From sequence record SRR31156797_3249: a stretch of DNA of 44,219 nt; one strand, written 5' to 3'. How positions within the stretch are numbered: position 1 is the stretch's first letter; each line of letters begins with the position of its first letter. Position numbers and translations under genes: made by a program. This document shows, piece after piece, positions 30,510-39,446 of this stretch. The notes beneath the pieces were generated by a model, which did no database searches, had not been told where the DNA came from, and was given only the letters and a program-made list of their open reading frames with translations.

Positions 30510-31520
30510 ATGGCTTTTAACTTACGCAACCGTAATTTTTTAAAACTACTCGACTTCACACCACGCGAAATTCAACACTTACTGGATTTAGCTGTGGAGT
30601 TAAAAAAAGCCAAATATAACGGCTACGAACAGCCTCGCTTAAAAGGCAAAAACGTCGCACTGATCTTTGAAAAAACCTCCACTCGCACGCGCTGTGCGTT
30701 TGAAGTCGCCGCATTCGACCAAGGCGCACAAGTCTCTTATCTTGGCCCTACAGGCTCTCAAATTGGTCACAAAGAGTCGATGAAAGACACCGCTCGTGTA
30801 TTGGGTCGTATGTACGATGGTATTGAATACCGCGGCTTTGGCCAAAGCATTGTGGAAGAGTTGGGAGAGTACGCCGGAGTGCCTGTTTGGAATGGATTAA
30901 CCGATGAGTTCCATCCAACCCAAATTCTGGCTGACTTCATGACCATGATGGAGCACGGTCGAGGAAAACAACTGCACGATATTAAATTCGCTTACCTTGG
31001 TGATGCCAGAAACAATATGGGTAACTCACTGATGGTTGGCGCTGCCAAAATGGGAATGGATATTCGCCTCGTCGCGCCAAAGCAATTCTGGCCTAGTGAA
31101 GATCTGGTTGAAACTTGCCGTTCCATTGCCCAAGAAACAGGAGCAAAAATCACGTTAACCGATGATGTGCAAGAAGGTGTGATTGGCTGTGATTTCCTCT
31201 ACACCGATGTATGGGTCTCTATGGGCGAAGCAAAAGAAGCTTGGGCAGAACGCATTGATCTTATGCTGCCATATCAGGTGAACAAGCAAATGCTTAAGGC
31301 GACCGGTAACCCACATGTCAAATTCATGCACTGCTTACCGGCATTCCATGGCGAAGATACCACAGTGGGGAAAGAGTTAGCACGTGACTACCCAGCGTTG
31401 AAAGAGGGTGTTGAGGTAACCAATGAAGTGGTTGAGTCCGATTACTCGATTGTCTTTGATGAAGCGGAAAACCGTATGCACACCATCAAAGCAGTAATGG
31501 TGTCTACCTTAGGCGATTAG
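30510..31520 (+). CDS. arcB: Ornithine carbamoyltransferase (catabolic by context)
   Basis: [48 protein letters not shown] 30510 after GAGGA preferred over TTG 30471. Confidence 0.93.
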   Translation: MAFNLRNRNFLKLLDFTPREIQHLLDLAVELKKAKYNGYEQPRLKGKNVALIFEKTSTRTRCAFEVAAFDQGAQVSYLGPTGSQIGHKESMKDTARVLGRMYDGIEYRGFGQSIVEELGEYAGVPVWNGLTDEFHPTQILADFMTMMEHGRGKQLHDIKFAYLGDARNNMGNSLMVGAAKMGMDIRLVAPKQFWPSEDLVETCRSIAQETGAKITLTDDVQEGVIGCDFLYTDVWVSMGEAKEAWAERIDLMLPYQVNKQMLKATGNPHVKFMHCLPAFHGEDTTVGKELARDYPALKEGVEVTNEVVESDYSIVFDEAENRMHTIKAVMVSTLGD

Positions 31521-31537
31521 CGACGCCACTGAATATC

Positions 31538-31564
31538 ATGCGAGCTGAATAAAGCTCGCATTTT
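31538..31564 (+). terminator. Intrinsic terminator after arcB
   Basis: ATGCGAGCT-GAATAA-AGCTCGCAT-TTT. Confidence 0.75.
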
Positions 31565-31645
31565 ATTCCAAGGCTATTTTCTCGCTTTTACGGCTTAAGC
31601 AAAGTACGACAAAGTGGTGCCATCTATCCCAAAAAACAGCCAACT

Positions 31646-31679
31646 TGTGCATAAAAATCCATTTTTTGGATATTTTCAC
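31646..31679 (+). promoter_or_regulatory. ARG-box-like operator upstream of the pyrLBI promoter
   Basis: TGCAT-AAAA-ATCCA-TTTTT-TGGAT-ATTTTCAC; the first box fits TGnAT-W4-ATnCA exactly. Confidence 0.65.
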
Positions 31680-31686
31680 TAAGCTG

Positions 31687-31728
31687 TTGAAAGCACTATT
31701 TTTGTCCGTATAATCCACCCAAATTTTC
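31687..31728 (+). promoter_or_regulatory. pyrLBI sigma-70 promoter with AATTTT initially transcribed region
   Basis: TTGAAA-16 nt-TATAAT(31709-14)-CCACCC-AAATTTTC. Confidence 0.75.
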
Positions 31729-31743
31729 AATCGGAGACAATGC

Positions 31744-31848
31744 ATGAGCAGCTTCCCAATATCATCGTGTTGCCAATCGCGTCTATATAAGGCGGGATAC
31801 TCTGCTTTGTATTTCCGTTTGATACCCAATTCTAGCCTCCTTTTTTAG
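31744..31848 (+). CDS. pyrL: pyrBI leader peptide, 34 aa (MSSFPISSCCQSRLYKAGYSALYFRLIPNSSLLF)
   Basis: GGAG SD 7 nt before ATG 31744; the ORF runs through a T-rich stretch and stops (TAG 31846-48) inside the attenuator hairpin. Absent from the ORF track (<60 aa). Confidence 0.72.
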   Translation: MSSFPISSCCQSRLYKAGYSALYFRLIPNSSLLF

Positions 31849-31862
31849 GAGGCTTTTTTTTT
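31834..31862 (+). terminator. pyrBI attenuator
   Basis: AGCCTCCT-TTTTT-AGGAGGCT followed by eight more T, 55 nt upstream of the pyrB ATG. Confidence 0.9.
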
Positions 31863-31917
31863 ACTTAAATTTCGCTCTCATGATGAAGCGTATTGAAACC
31901 TAAGAAGGATAAACGTT

Positions 31918-32847
31918 ATGGCGCATTCGTTATTTAACCGACACATCATTTCGATACCAGAGCTCTCTCGAGATGAATTAGAACTTATCGTCGATACTGC
32001 AACTCGATTGAAAGCTGAACCCAACCCAACGTTATTGAAGAACAAAGTGGTTGCCAGTTGCTTCTTTGAGCCTTCAACTCGAACTCGCCTTTCTTTTGAG
32101 ACCGCCGTTGAACGTCTAGGAGGAAGCGTGATCGGTTTCGATAACGGCGGCAACACTTCGCTGGCTAAGAAGGGAGAAACTCTGGCGGATTCAGTCCGTG
32201 TTATCTCATCTTATGTGGATGCCTTTGTGATGCGTCACCCTCAAGAAGGTGCGGCCCGCTTAGCCTCTGAGTTTTCTAATGGCGTGCCGATTGTCAACGG
32301 TGGTGATGGAGCCAATCAACACCCTACTCAAACCTTATTGGATTTGTTTTCGATTTATGAAACTCAAGGGCATTTTGACAACCTCAATGTGGCGTTTGTT
32401 GGTGATCTTAAATACGGCCGAACCGTCCACTCATTAACCCAAGCATTAGCTAAGTTCAATAACGTGAGATTCTTCTTCATTGCACCGGAAGTTCTGGCGA
32501 TGCCAGATTACATCTGCCAGGAACTTGATGAACAAGGCATTCAATTCAGCCTTCACAACAGCATCGAAGAGGTGGTTCCAGAACTCGATATTCTGTATAT
32601 GACTCGGGTGCAAAAAGAGCGCTTTGATGAATCAGAGTACGCCCACATTAAGTCCGCGTTCATTTTGACCGCAGAAACGCTCACGCACGCACGTCCAAAT
32701 ATGAAAGTGCTTCATCCACTACCACGGGTTGATGAAATCACTACCGATGTGGATAGAACGCCTCACGCTTACTACTTCCAGCAAGCCGAAAATGGTGTAT
32801 ACGCTCGTGAAGCCCTGTTAGCCCTTGTTCTTAATGCAACGATGTAA
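31918..32847 (+). CDS. pyrB: Aspartate carbamoyltransferase catalytic subunit
   Basis: [58 protein letters not shown]. Confidence 0.97.
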   Translation: MAHSLFNRHIISIPELSRDELELIVDTATRLKAEPNPTLLKNKVVASCFFEPSTRTRLSFETAVERLGGSVIGFDNGGNTSLAKKGETLADSVRVISSYVDAFVMRHPQEGAARLASEFSNGVPIVNGGDGANQHPTQTLLDLFSIYETQGHFDNLNVAFVGDLKYGRTVHSLTQALAKFNNVRFFFIAPEVLAMPDYICQELDEQGIQFSLHNSIEEVVPELDILYMTRVQKERFDESEYAHIKSAFILTAETLTHARPNMKVLHPLPRVDEITTDVDRTPHAYYFQQAENGVYAREALLALVLNATM

Positions 32848-32863
32848 TGTAGGAGACAACATC

Positions 32864-33328
32864 ATGACTAAAAAACATCAATTACAAGTTGAAGCAATTC
32901 GTAATGGCTCTGTCATCGACCATATTCCTGCCAATCTAGGGATTAAGATTCTGTCTCTGTTCAAGCTTAACGAAACCAACCAGCGTATTACTATTGGTTT
33001 AAACCTCCCCTCTTCTGAGCTAACGCATAAAGACTTGATAAAAATAGAGAACATTTATCTGAGCAAAAGTCAGGCTAACCAATTGGCACTGTATGCACCT
33101 AACGCCACAGTGAATCAGATCGAAGATTACCAGGTCGTCAATAAACTCACGTTAACCCTACCCGAGTACATCGATGGTATTTTTGCTTGTCCAAACAGCA
33201 ACTGTATTTCTCATGGCGAGCCAGTTGACAGTCAATTTAAAGTTTTCCAGAAAGGGCACCATGTTCAATTAAAATGCCACTATTGTGAGAAAGTATTCTC
33301 TCGTGAAATCATGACCGAGTTGAAATAA
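32864..33328 (+). CDS. pyrI: Aspartate carbamoyltransferase regulatory subunit
   Basis: [29 protein letters not shown], zinc ligands CPNSNC...CHYC. ATG 32864 after AGGAG. Confidence 0.96.
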   Translation: MTKKHQLQVEAIRNGSVIDHIPANLGIKILSLFKLNETNQRITIGLNLPSSELTHKDLIKIENIYLSKSQANQLALYAPNATVNQIEDYQVVNKLTLTLPEYIDGIFACPNSNCISHGEPVDSQFKVFQKGHHVQLKCHYCEKVFSREIMTELK

Positions 33329-33333
33329 CCCTC

Positions 33334-33369
33334 AATACCACTCAAAAAGCGTCAGATTTGAGTGGTATT
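33334..33369 (+). terminator. Hairpin after pyrI (probable terminator or 3' stabiliser)
   Basis: Perfect 13-bp stem AATACCACTCAAA/TTTGAGTGGTATT, but only a weak downstream U-tract. Confidence 0.55.
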
Positions 33370-33672
33370 CCCTTCTACTTTTACCTGCATACATTTTCAA
33401 TATCAAATTAATTAACCTATTTATCATTATTTTTGCAGTTTTTTATTTGGTGATCTCTCTCAAAAACCCATAATTGTATTGGTGATATTGTGAACATTGA
33501 TAGATAAAAACAATATGTAACACAAACAATTAGTTCGTTTATCAATATTACTAAAGAGCCTCTATATCTGATTGATTTTGCTCTAAAGTCACTCGAAGGA
33601 TCGTCGAGTGTTCCATCAAAAGGGATGACCAGTATTTGTCACGCGAGAGCGTAGTAAGATAAGGAATTACCC

Positions 33673-34158
33673 GTGAACAGACACATTCCACACGTTACAT
33701 TTGAATCAGAAGATGACTCATTAGCGGAAGCATGCAAGCGCTTACTGCATCAACAAAGCTTCACGAATCAACATGAACTGCGGGAAAAACTGGTCGATAT
33801 TGGTTATACGGGTATCAGTCAATCAACGGTCTCTCGCCTTTTATCACAGCTAGGGGTGGTAAAAGTACAAAATGCCTGCGGTAAAAAGGTTTACTGTATT
33901 ACAGTCGAAAACGCCCCAGTGCGCATCGAATCTTCCATCTCTTCACAAATTGACTTAATTACTCACAATCAAGCCAATGTCATTGTCAAAACACACCCTG
34001 GTAGCGCTCAGTTGGTTGCACGCCTTGTCGATATTGATCCCCATAGTGAAATTCTCGGCACTATCGGAGGAAACGATACTGTGCTCATTATTCCAAGAGA
34101 TGTGACACAAATTGAAAAGTGCGAAACCGTGGTAAAAGAACGTTTAGGCTTACTGTGA
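33673..34158 (+). CDS. argR: ArgR-family transcriptional regulator (cluster-linked paralogue; GTG start)
   Basis: wHTH SQSTVSRLL...VVKV; C-terminal KTHPGSAQLVARLVD...ILGTIGGNDT; AAGGA SD. Confidence 0.88.
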   Translation: MNRHIPHVTFESEDDSLAEACKRLLHQQSFTNQHELREKLVDIGYTGISQSTVSRLLSQLGVVKVQNACGKKVYCITVENAPVRIESSISSQIDLITHNQANVIVKTHPGSAQLVARLVDIDPHSEILGTIGGNDTVLIIPRDVTQIEKCETVVKERLGLL

Positions 34159-34452
34159 ACCGTAAAGTTCACCTGCCTAACATAGCTTTTTGCTCTACGG
34201 AAAGACGGACCGTCGGTGCATTTTTGAGCTCAGCATCGAAACATTGAACGTTTTAAAACCAAACTCACCAAGAACTGAAAATTTGCTGACGTAAAAGGTG
34301 ACGAATCTACTATTTTTAAATACAAACTCCAGTATGATACATCGCTATATCAGGACGGTTTTTTAGCCAAATATTCTGATGAATGGATTCTTAATACAGA
34401 TACGGCTTACTGTAATTAATATCAATAGAATTATTCTCTAAGGATCCAAACT

Positions 34453-35904
34453 ATGGCTACTCTATCAGAAGCTCCAAAAACAGCTCATCAAGCCAACCGC
34501 ATTGAAGAAGATCTATTAGGCCAACGTCATGTTCCCGCTGATGCCTACTACGGTATCCACACACTCCGTGCGATCGAAAACTTTAATATCTCTAGCGCCA
34601 CGATTTCTGATGTCCCAGAATTCGTGCGCGGTATGGTGATGACCAAAAAAGCGGCGGCTTTGGCAAACAAAGAGCTAGCGGTTATTCCAAAAGACATCGC
34701 CAACTACATCATTCAGGCGTGTGATGTGATCCTTGAAACAGGTAAGTGCATGGATCAGTTCCCAACAGATGTATTCCAAGGCGGCGCGGGCACTTCCGTG
34801 AACATGAACACTAATGAAGTGATCGCTAACCTCGCCCTTGAACTCATGGGTAAAGAAAAAGGTCAGTACGAGTTTATTAACCCGAATGACCACGTAAACC
34901 GCAGTCAATCCACCAACTGTGCTTACCCGACGGGCTTCCGTATCTCTGTCTACAATAGCGTGCTCAAACTGATTGAAGCGATTGAATATTTGAAAGGAGC
35001 ATTCGAACTTAAGAGCCAAGAGTTCAACACGGTTATTAAGATGGGACGTACTCAGCTACAAGACGCGGTACCAATGACCGTTGGTCAAGAGTTTCACGCT
35101 TGGGCTGTCACATTAAATGAAGAAATTCGTGCTCTGGAATACACATCTCGACTACTGCTTGAAATCAACCTTGGTGCAACAGCTATCGGTACGGGCTTAA
35201 ATGCAGCTCCAGGCTACCAAGCACTGGCGGTAAAACATTTAGCGGAAGTGACAGGTTTAGACGTTGTAGCGGCGGAAGATCTTATCGAAGCAACATCTGA
35301 CTGTGGTGCCTACGTGATGACGCACGGCGCGCTAAAACGTCTGGCAGTGAAACTATCGAAAATCTGTAACGACTTACGTCTTCTCTCCTCAGGCCCTCGT
35401 GCAGGTTTAAACGAGCTGAACCTACCAGAACTTCAGGCTGGTTCATCGATTATGCCAGCAAAAGTAAACCCTGTAGTGCCAGAAGTCGTCAACCAAGTGT
35501 GCTTTAAAGTACTGGGGAACGACAATACGGTTTCTTTTGCAGCCGAAGGTGGTCAATTACAGTTAAACGTAATGGAGCCTGTAATTGCTCAAGCAATGTT
35601 TGAGTCTATTTCACTGTTAGCGAATGCTTGTATCAACCTTCGCGATAAGTGCATTGATGGCATTACCGTCAATAAAGAGGTTTGTGAAAACTATGTGTTT
35701 AACTCTATCGGTATCGTGACTTACCTCAATCCGTACATCGGTCATCACGAGGGCGATATTGTAGGAAAAATCTGCGCGGAAACCGGAAAAAGTGTCCGAG
35801 AAGTTGTACTCAATCGCGGATTGCTAACAGAAGAAGAGCTTGATGACATATTCTCTGTTAAAAACCTGATGCGCCCACAGTATAAAGCGAAGCGCTACGA
35901 ATAA
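34453..35904 (+). CDS. aspA: Aspartate ammonia-lyase
   Basis: [53 protein letters not shown]. Confidence 0.98.
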   Translation: MATLSEAPKTAHQANRIEEDLLGQRHVPADAYYGIHTLRAIENFNISSATISDVPEFVRGMVMTKKAAALANKELAVIPKDIANYIIQACDVILETGKCMDQFPTDVFQGGAGTSVNMNTNEVIANLALELMGKEKGQYEFINPNDHVNRSQSTNCAYPTGFRISVYNSVLKLIEAIEYLKGAFELKSQEFNTVIKMGRTQLQDAVPMTVGQEFHAWAVTLNEEIRALEYTSRLLLEINLGATAIGTGLNAAPGYQALAVKHLAEVTGLDVVAAEDLIEATSDCGAYVMTHGALKRLAVKLSKICNDLRLLSSGPRAGLNELNLPELQAGSSIMPAKVNPVVPEVVNQVCFKVLGNDNTVSFAAEGGQLQLNVMEPVIAQAMFESISLLANACINLRDKCIDGITVNKEVCENYVFNSIGIVTYLNPYIGHHEGDIVGKICAETGKSVREVVLNRGLLTEEELDDIFSVKNLMRPQYKAKRYE

Positions 35905-35915
35905 TCGACTCAACG

Positions 35916-35939
35916 AAAAGGCTCTGGAAGGAGCCTTTT
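35916..35939 (+). terminator. Terminator-like hairpin between aspA and dcuA
   Basis: AAAAGGCTC-TGGAAG-GAGCCTTTT. Confidence 0.7.
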
Positions 35940-36028
35940 GCTTTAAGAAAGCTGTAAAAAACAGCTCATAAATACAAGGCAATGGACTGCATACACATAT
36001 CTTTTCATTTACTTAACGAGGTATCACT

Positions 36029-37336
36029 ATGGTTTGGCTCGAACTATTAGTTGTTCTTCTCTTTATCTTTCTAGGTGCCCGTATTGGTGGCATTGGGATT
36101 GGTTTAGCAGGTGGTGCAGGTGTTATTGCCCTTTCTCTTGGTCTTGGCGTCCCTACTAGCCAGGCCTTTATTCCAGTCGACGTTATTCTGATCATCATGT
36201 CGGTAATCACAGCGATTGCTGCGATGCAGGTGGCTGGTGGTATGGACTGGTTAGTACAAATTGCTGAAAACTTCCTACGCAAAAATCCTAAACGTATTAC
36301 ATTTTATGCGCCGGTTGTTACTTTCATCATGACCTTGATGGCAGGTACTGGACACACTGCATTTTCTACATTGCCGGTGATTGCTGAAGTCGCCAAAGGA
36401 CAAGGTGTGCGCCCATCACGCCCTCTTTCCATTGCCGTTGTTGCATCTCAAATCGCTATCACTGCTTCCCCTATTTCTGCGGCGGTTGTGGCTTTTGCTG
36501 CGATGCTGGCGCCTTTCGGCGTGGATTACATTACGCTTCTCGCAGTGTGTATTCCCACTACATTTGCTGCATGTATGGTTGGTGCTCTAGTGGCGAACTT
36601 CATGGGTGGCGAACTGAAAAACGATCCTGTTTATCAAGAGCGTTTAGCAGAAGGATTGATCAAACTGGCTGATACACAGCAGCGTAAAATCCTACCAACA
36701 GCGAAAACAGCCACCTACATTTTCTTAGCTGCCATTGGCCTGGTTGTCTGCTACGCAGCTGCAATTTCTAAATCTGTAGGCTTGATTGAAAACCCTGCTT
36801 TAGGTCGTAACGAAGCAATCATGACGGTAATGCTTGCAGCCGCGGCTCTTATCGTCCTAATTACCAAAATTGATGCAGCGAAGATTTCTAGCGCTCCGAC
36901 ATTCCGTTCAGGTATGACGGCTTGTGTATGTGTACTTGGTGTTGCTTGGTTGGGTTCAACCTTCGTTAACGCGCACGTTGCTGATATCAAGGATGTGGCG
37001 GGTGCACTATTAGCCAATAACCCATGGATGCTGGCTATTGTTTTATTCTTCGCTTCAATGCTGCTTTATTCTCAAGGTGCAACCACGGTGGCACTCATGC
37101 CGGCGGCACTAGCAATTGGTGTTGCACCATTGACTGCGGTGGCTTCTTTTGCAGCTGTAAGTGCTCTATTTGTACTGCCAACCTACCCAACCCTACTTGC
37201 AGCGGTTGAAATGGATGATACCGGTTCGACACGCATTGGTAAGTATGTCTTCAACCACCCGTTCTTTATTCCGGGCGTTGTGACTATTGCTTCTGCTGTT
37301 ACCTTTGGCTTCTTGTTTGGCGGATTATTTATCTAA
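36029..37336 (+). CDS. dcuA: Anaerobic C4-dicarboxylate transporter
   Basis: GARIGGIGIG, AGTGH, RPSRPLS, SQIAITASPISAA, PTYPT, MDDTGSTRIG; follows aspA. Confidence 0.93.
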   Translation: MVWLELLVVLLFIFLGARIGGIGIGLAGGAGVIALSLGLGVPTSQAFIPVDVILIIMSVITAIAAMQVAGGMDWLVQIAENFLRKNPKRITFYAPVVTFIMTLMAGTGHTAFSTLPVIAEVAKGQGVRPSRPLSIAVVASQIAITASPISAAVVAFAAMLAPFGVDYITLLAVCIPTTFAACMVGALVANFMGGELKNDPVYQERLAEGLIKLADTQQRKILPTAKTATYIFLAAIGLVVCYAAAISKSVGLIENPALGRNEAIMTVMLAAAALIVLITKIDAAKISSAPTFRSGMTACVCVLGVAWLGSTFVNAHVADIKDVAGALLANNPWMLAIVLFFASMLLYSQGATTVALMPAALAIGVAPLTAVASFAAVSALFVLPTYPTLLAAVEMDDTGSTRIGKYVFNHPFFIPGVVTIASAVTFGFLFGGLFI

Positions 37337-37369
37337 TTTTCGATAACACCCCAAAAGACCAAACTCACC

Positions 37370-37395
37370 AAAGCCGCGATTTTCGCGGCTTTGTT
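37370..37395 (+). terminator. Intrinsic terminator after dcuA
   Basis: AAAGCCGCGA-TTT-TCGCGGCTTT-GTT. Confidence 0.8.
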
Positions 37396-37498
37396 ATAAC
37401 TCTGTGAAACTAAATACCACTAATCAGGGTCTGATTGAGTTAATATGGCAATTCTAGATTGTCGCTTATGCTACTCACTCAACCAGAATATTAATTAG

Positions 37499-39271
37499 AT
37501 GAACCGTAAACTCTGCTACTTCTTACTGCTAACACTGTCTATTTTTAGCCACTCGGCCTTTGCTGTGTTTGGTAATAACAGTACCGTTTCGCTGAACAGC
37601 AATGACAATCAGTTTGTACCTGTCGATCAAGCGTTTCCATTCAGTAGCGTGCAACAAGGAAACTATTTACTCATCAACTGGCAGGTCAAAGACGGCTATT
37701 ACCTCTATCAAGATCGCATCACAATAACAGCAGAAAACGTCATTTTAGGCGATTATCAGCTGAATGATGGCGAACCCTACCACGATGAGTTCTTCGGTGA
37801 TGTCAATATTTACACCAAGCCGCTTTCAATAGAAGTTCCGCTGCAACAGTACCAACTTGGCGCGAGCGTTATGGTTCAGTATCAAGGGTGTGCAAAAGCA
37901 GGGTTTTGCTATCCGCCAGAAACTCGAGTGATCGAAATCAGCCCGTTCGATGCTTCAGCCAATACACAGCAAACCGTATCGGCGACACCTCAACCGGTAT
38001 CCAAACCTCTAAGTTCAGAGCAAGATTCTTTAGCCTCTCAACTTGCTCAAAGCTGGTGGACTCCTATCCTGTTTCTCGCTTTAGGTATCGGTCTGGCATT
38101 CACGCCTTGCGTACTGCCTATGTACCCTATCCTGACGAGTATCGTGCTTGGCAATGGTCAATTAAGCCAAAAGAGAGCGTTGGTTTTAAGCCTGGTTTAT
38201 GTACAGGGGATGGCTCTGACTTATACATTGCTAGGCTTAGTCGTCGCCTCAGCGGGGCTACAGTTCCAAGCCGCTCTACAACACCCTTATGTTTTAGTGG
38301 GCTTGAGTGCGCTATTTGTTATGCTCGCATTATCTATGTTTGGCCTTTACACACTGCAGCTACCTAGCTCAGTGCAAACTTGGCTTAACAACCTAAGCAA
38401 TAAACAGCAGGGAGGCAGCCTTGCTGGCGTATTTGCTATGGGCGCTATCTCAGGCTTAGTTTGCTCACCTTGCACCACAGCACCACTTTCTGGAGCGTTA
38501 CTCTATGTTGCACAAAGTGGCGACCTGCTCACTGGTGGTGTTGCCTTATATGCATTAGCCATCGGTATGGGTATTCCGCTGATTCTAGTAGCCGTATTTG
38601 GTAACCGCTTACTACCTAAAGCGGGTATCTGGATGGATAGAGTGAAAACCGCATTTGGATTTGTGTTACTAGCTGCGCCAATCTTTTTGCTTGAACGTCT
38701 ACTTCCTGAACTTTGGGCTACCGCGTTATGGTCGACTTTAGGCTTTGCTGCATTTGCATGGTTATACCATGTCAAAAATAGCCTGCCATTTGGCGGTTGG
38801 AAACAAAGTGCAGTTGGGATCATCGCGATTTTAGGTCTGCTCGCTTCGGCTCAACCCGCATTAAATTACTGGTACGCCGATAATCACGAGGAAAATGCTC
38901 AACCGGCTATTACGTTCACCAGAATCGCCAATGTTGCAGAACTCAACACCGAGCTAGCTAAAGCAAAAGCCGCTGGAAAACCTGTGATGTTAGATTTCTA
39001 CGCCGATTGGTGTGTCGCCTGTAAAGAGTTTGAAAAATATACGTTCCATCAAGCTGATGTAGAGAACAAATTAAAAGACGTGGTTTTACTGCAAGCCGAT
39101 GTGACCAAGAACCAACCACAAGATATCGAGTTACTGAAATCGATGGATGTTTTAGGATTACCGACCATAGAATTCTGGAACAGTAACGGAGAGCGAGTAC
39201 CCAGAGCTCGAATTACCGGTTTTATGGAAGCCGAGCGTTTTTTACAACACCTAAAAGACCACCAGATCTAA
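37499..39271 (+). CDS. dsbD: Thiol:disulfide interchange protein DsbD (DipZ)
   Basis: Signal peptide, [28 protein letters not shown], thioredoxin motif ADWCVACK. Confidence 0.96.
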   Translation: MNRKLCYFLLLTLSIFSHSAFAVFGNNSTVSLNSNDNQFVPVDQAFPFSSVQQGNYLLINWQVKDGYYLYQDRITITAENVILGDYQLNDGEPYHDEFFGDVNIYTKPLSIEVPLQQYQLGASVMVQYQGCAKAGFCYPPETRVIEISPFDASANTQQTVSATPQPVSKPLSSEQDSLASQLAQSWWTPILFLALGIGLAFTPCVLPMYPILTSIVLGNGQLSQKRALVLSLVYVQGMALTYTLLGLVVASAGLQFQAALQHPYVLVGLSALFVMLALSMFGLYTLQLPSSVQTWLNNLSNKQQGGSLAGVFAMGAISGLVCSPCTTAPLSGALLYVAQSGDLLTGGVALYALAIGMGIPLILVAVFGNRLLPKAGIWMDRVKTAFGFVLLAAPIFLLERLLPELWATALWSTLGFAAFAWLYHVKNSLPFGGWKQSAVGIIAILGLLASAQPALNYWYADNHEENAQPAITFTRIANVAELNTELAKAKAAGKPVMLDFYADWCVACKEFEKYTFHQADVENKLKDVVLLQADVTKNQPQDIELLKSMDVLGLPTIEFWNSNGERVPRARITGFMEAERFLQHLKDHQI

Positions 39272-39446
39272 TTTCTTGATGAGTGCCGCGCTTGGGTTTC
39301 ACACTTTACATCAAACCTTGTTGCGGTATTCATCTTAATGCAGATAAAAACTGGATACAGTTCAGACTTTTAGCCCGCCAGCGTTGTTCCAATCGTTAAA
39401 GCATACAATAATTTCTTTAACGTAATTGTTATAAGTGCTTAACGTC

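Noticed and set aside
31563-31829. 88-aa - strand ORF in the arcB-pyrB spacer
   Set aside because: Starts at TTG and runs antisense across the pyrBI promoter, operator and leader. The nearby GGAGG is simply one arm of the attenuator stem. The + strand pyrL reading explains the region better.
34258-37371. 14-bp direct repeat ACCAAACTCACCAA at 34258-71 and 37358-71 flanking aspA-dcuA
   Set aside because: A few 14-mer matches are expected by chance in 44 kb (about 1e9 position pairs versus 4^14 = 2.7e8); aspA-dcuA are core genes and no recombinase is nearby.
37888-38367. 159-aa same-strand alternative-frame ORF inside dsbD
   Set aside because: The dsbD frame is intact with all catalytic Cys pairs; there is no sign of frameshifting, and the product looks random.
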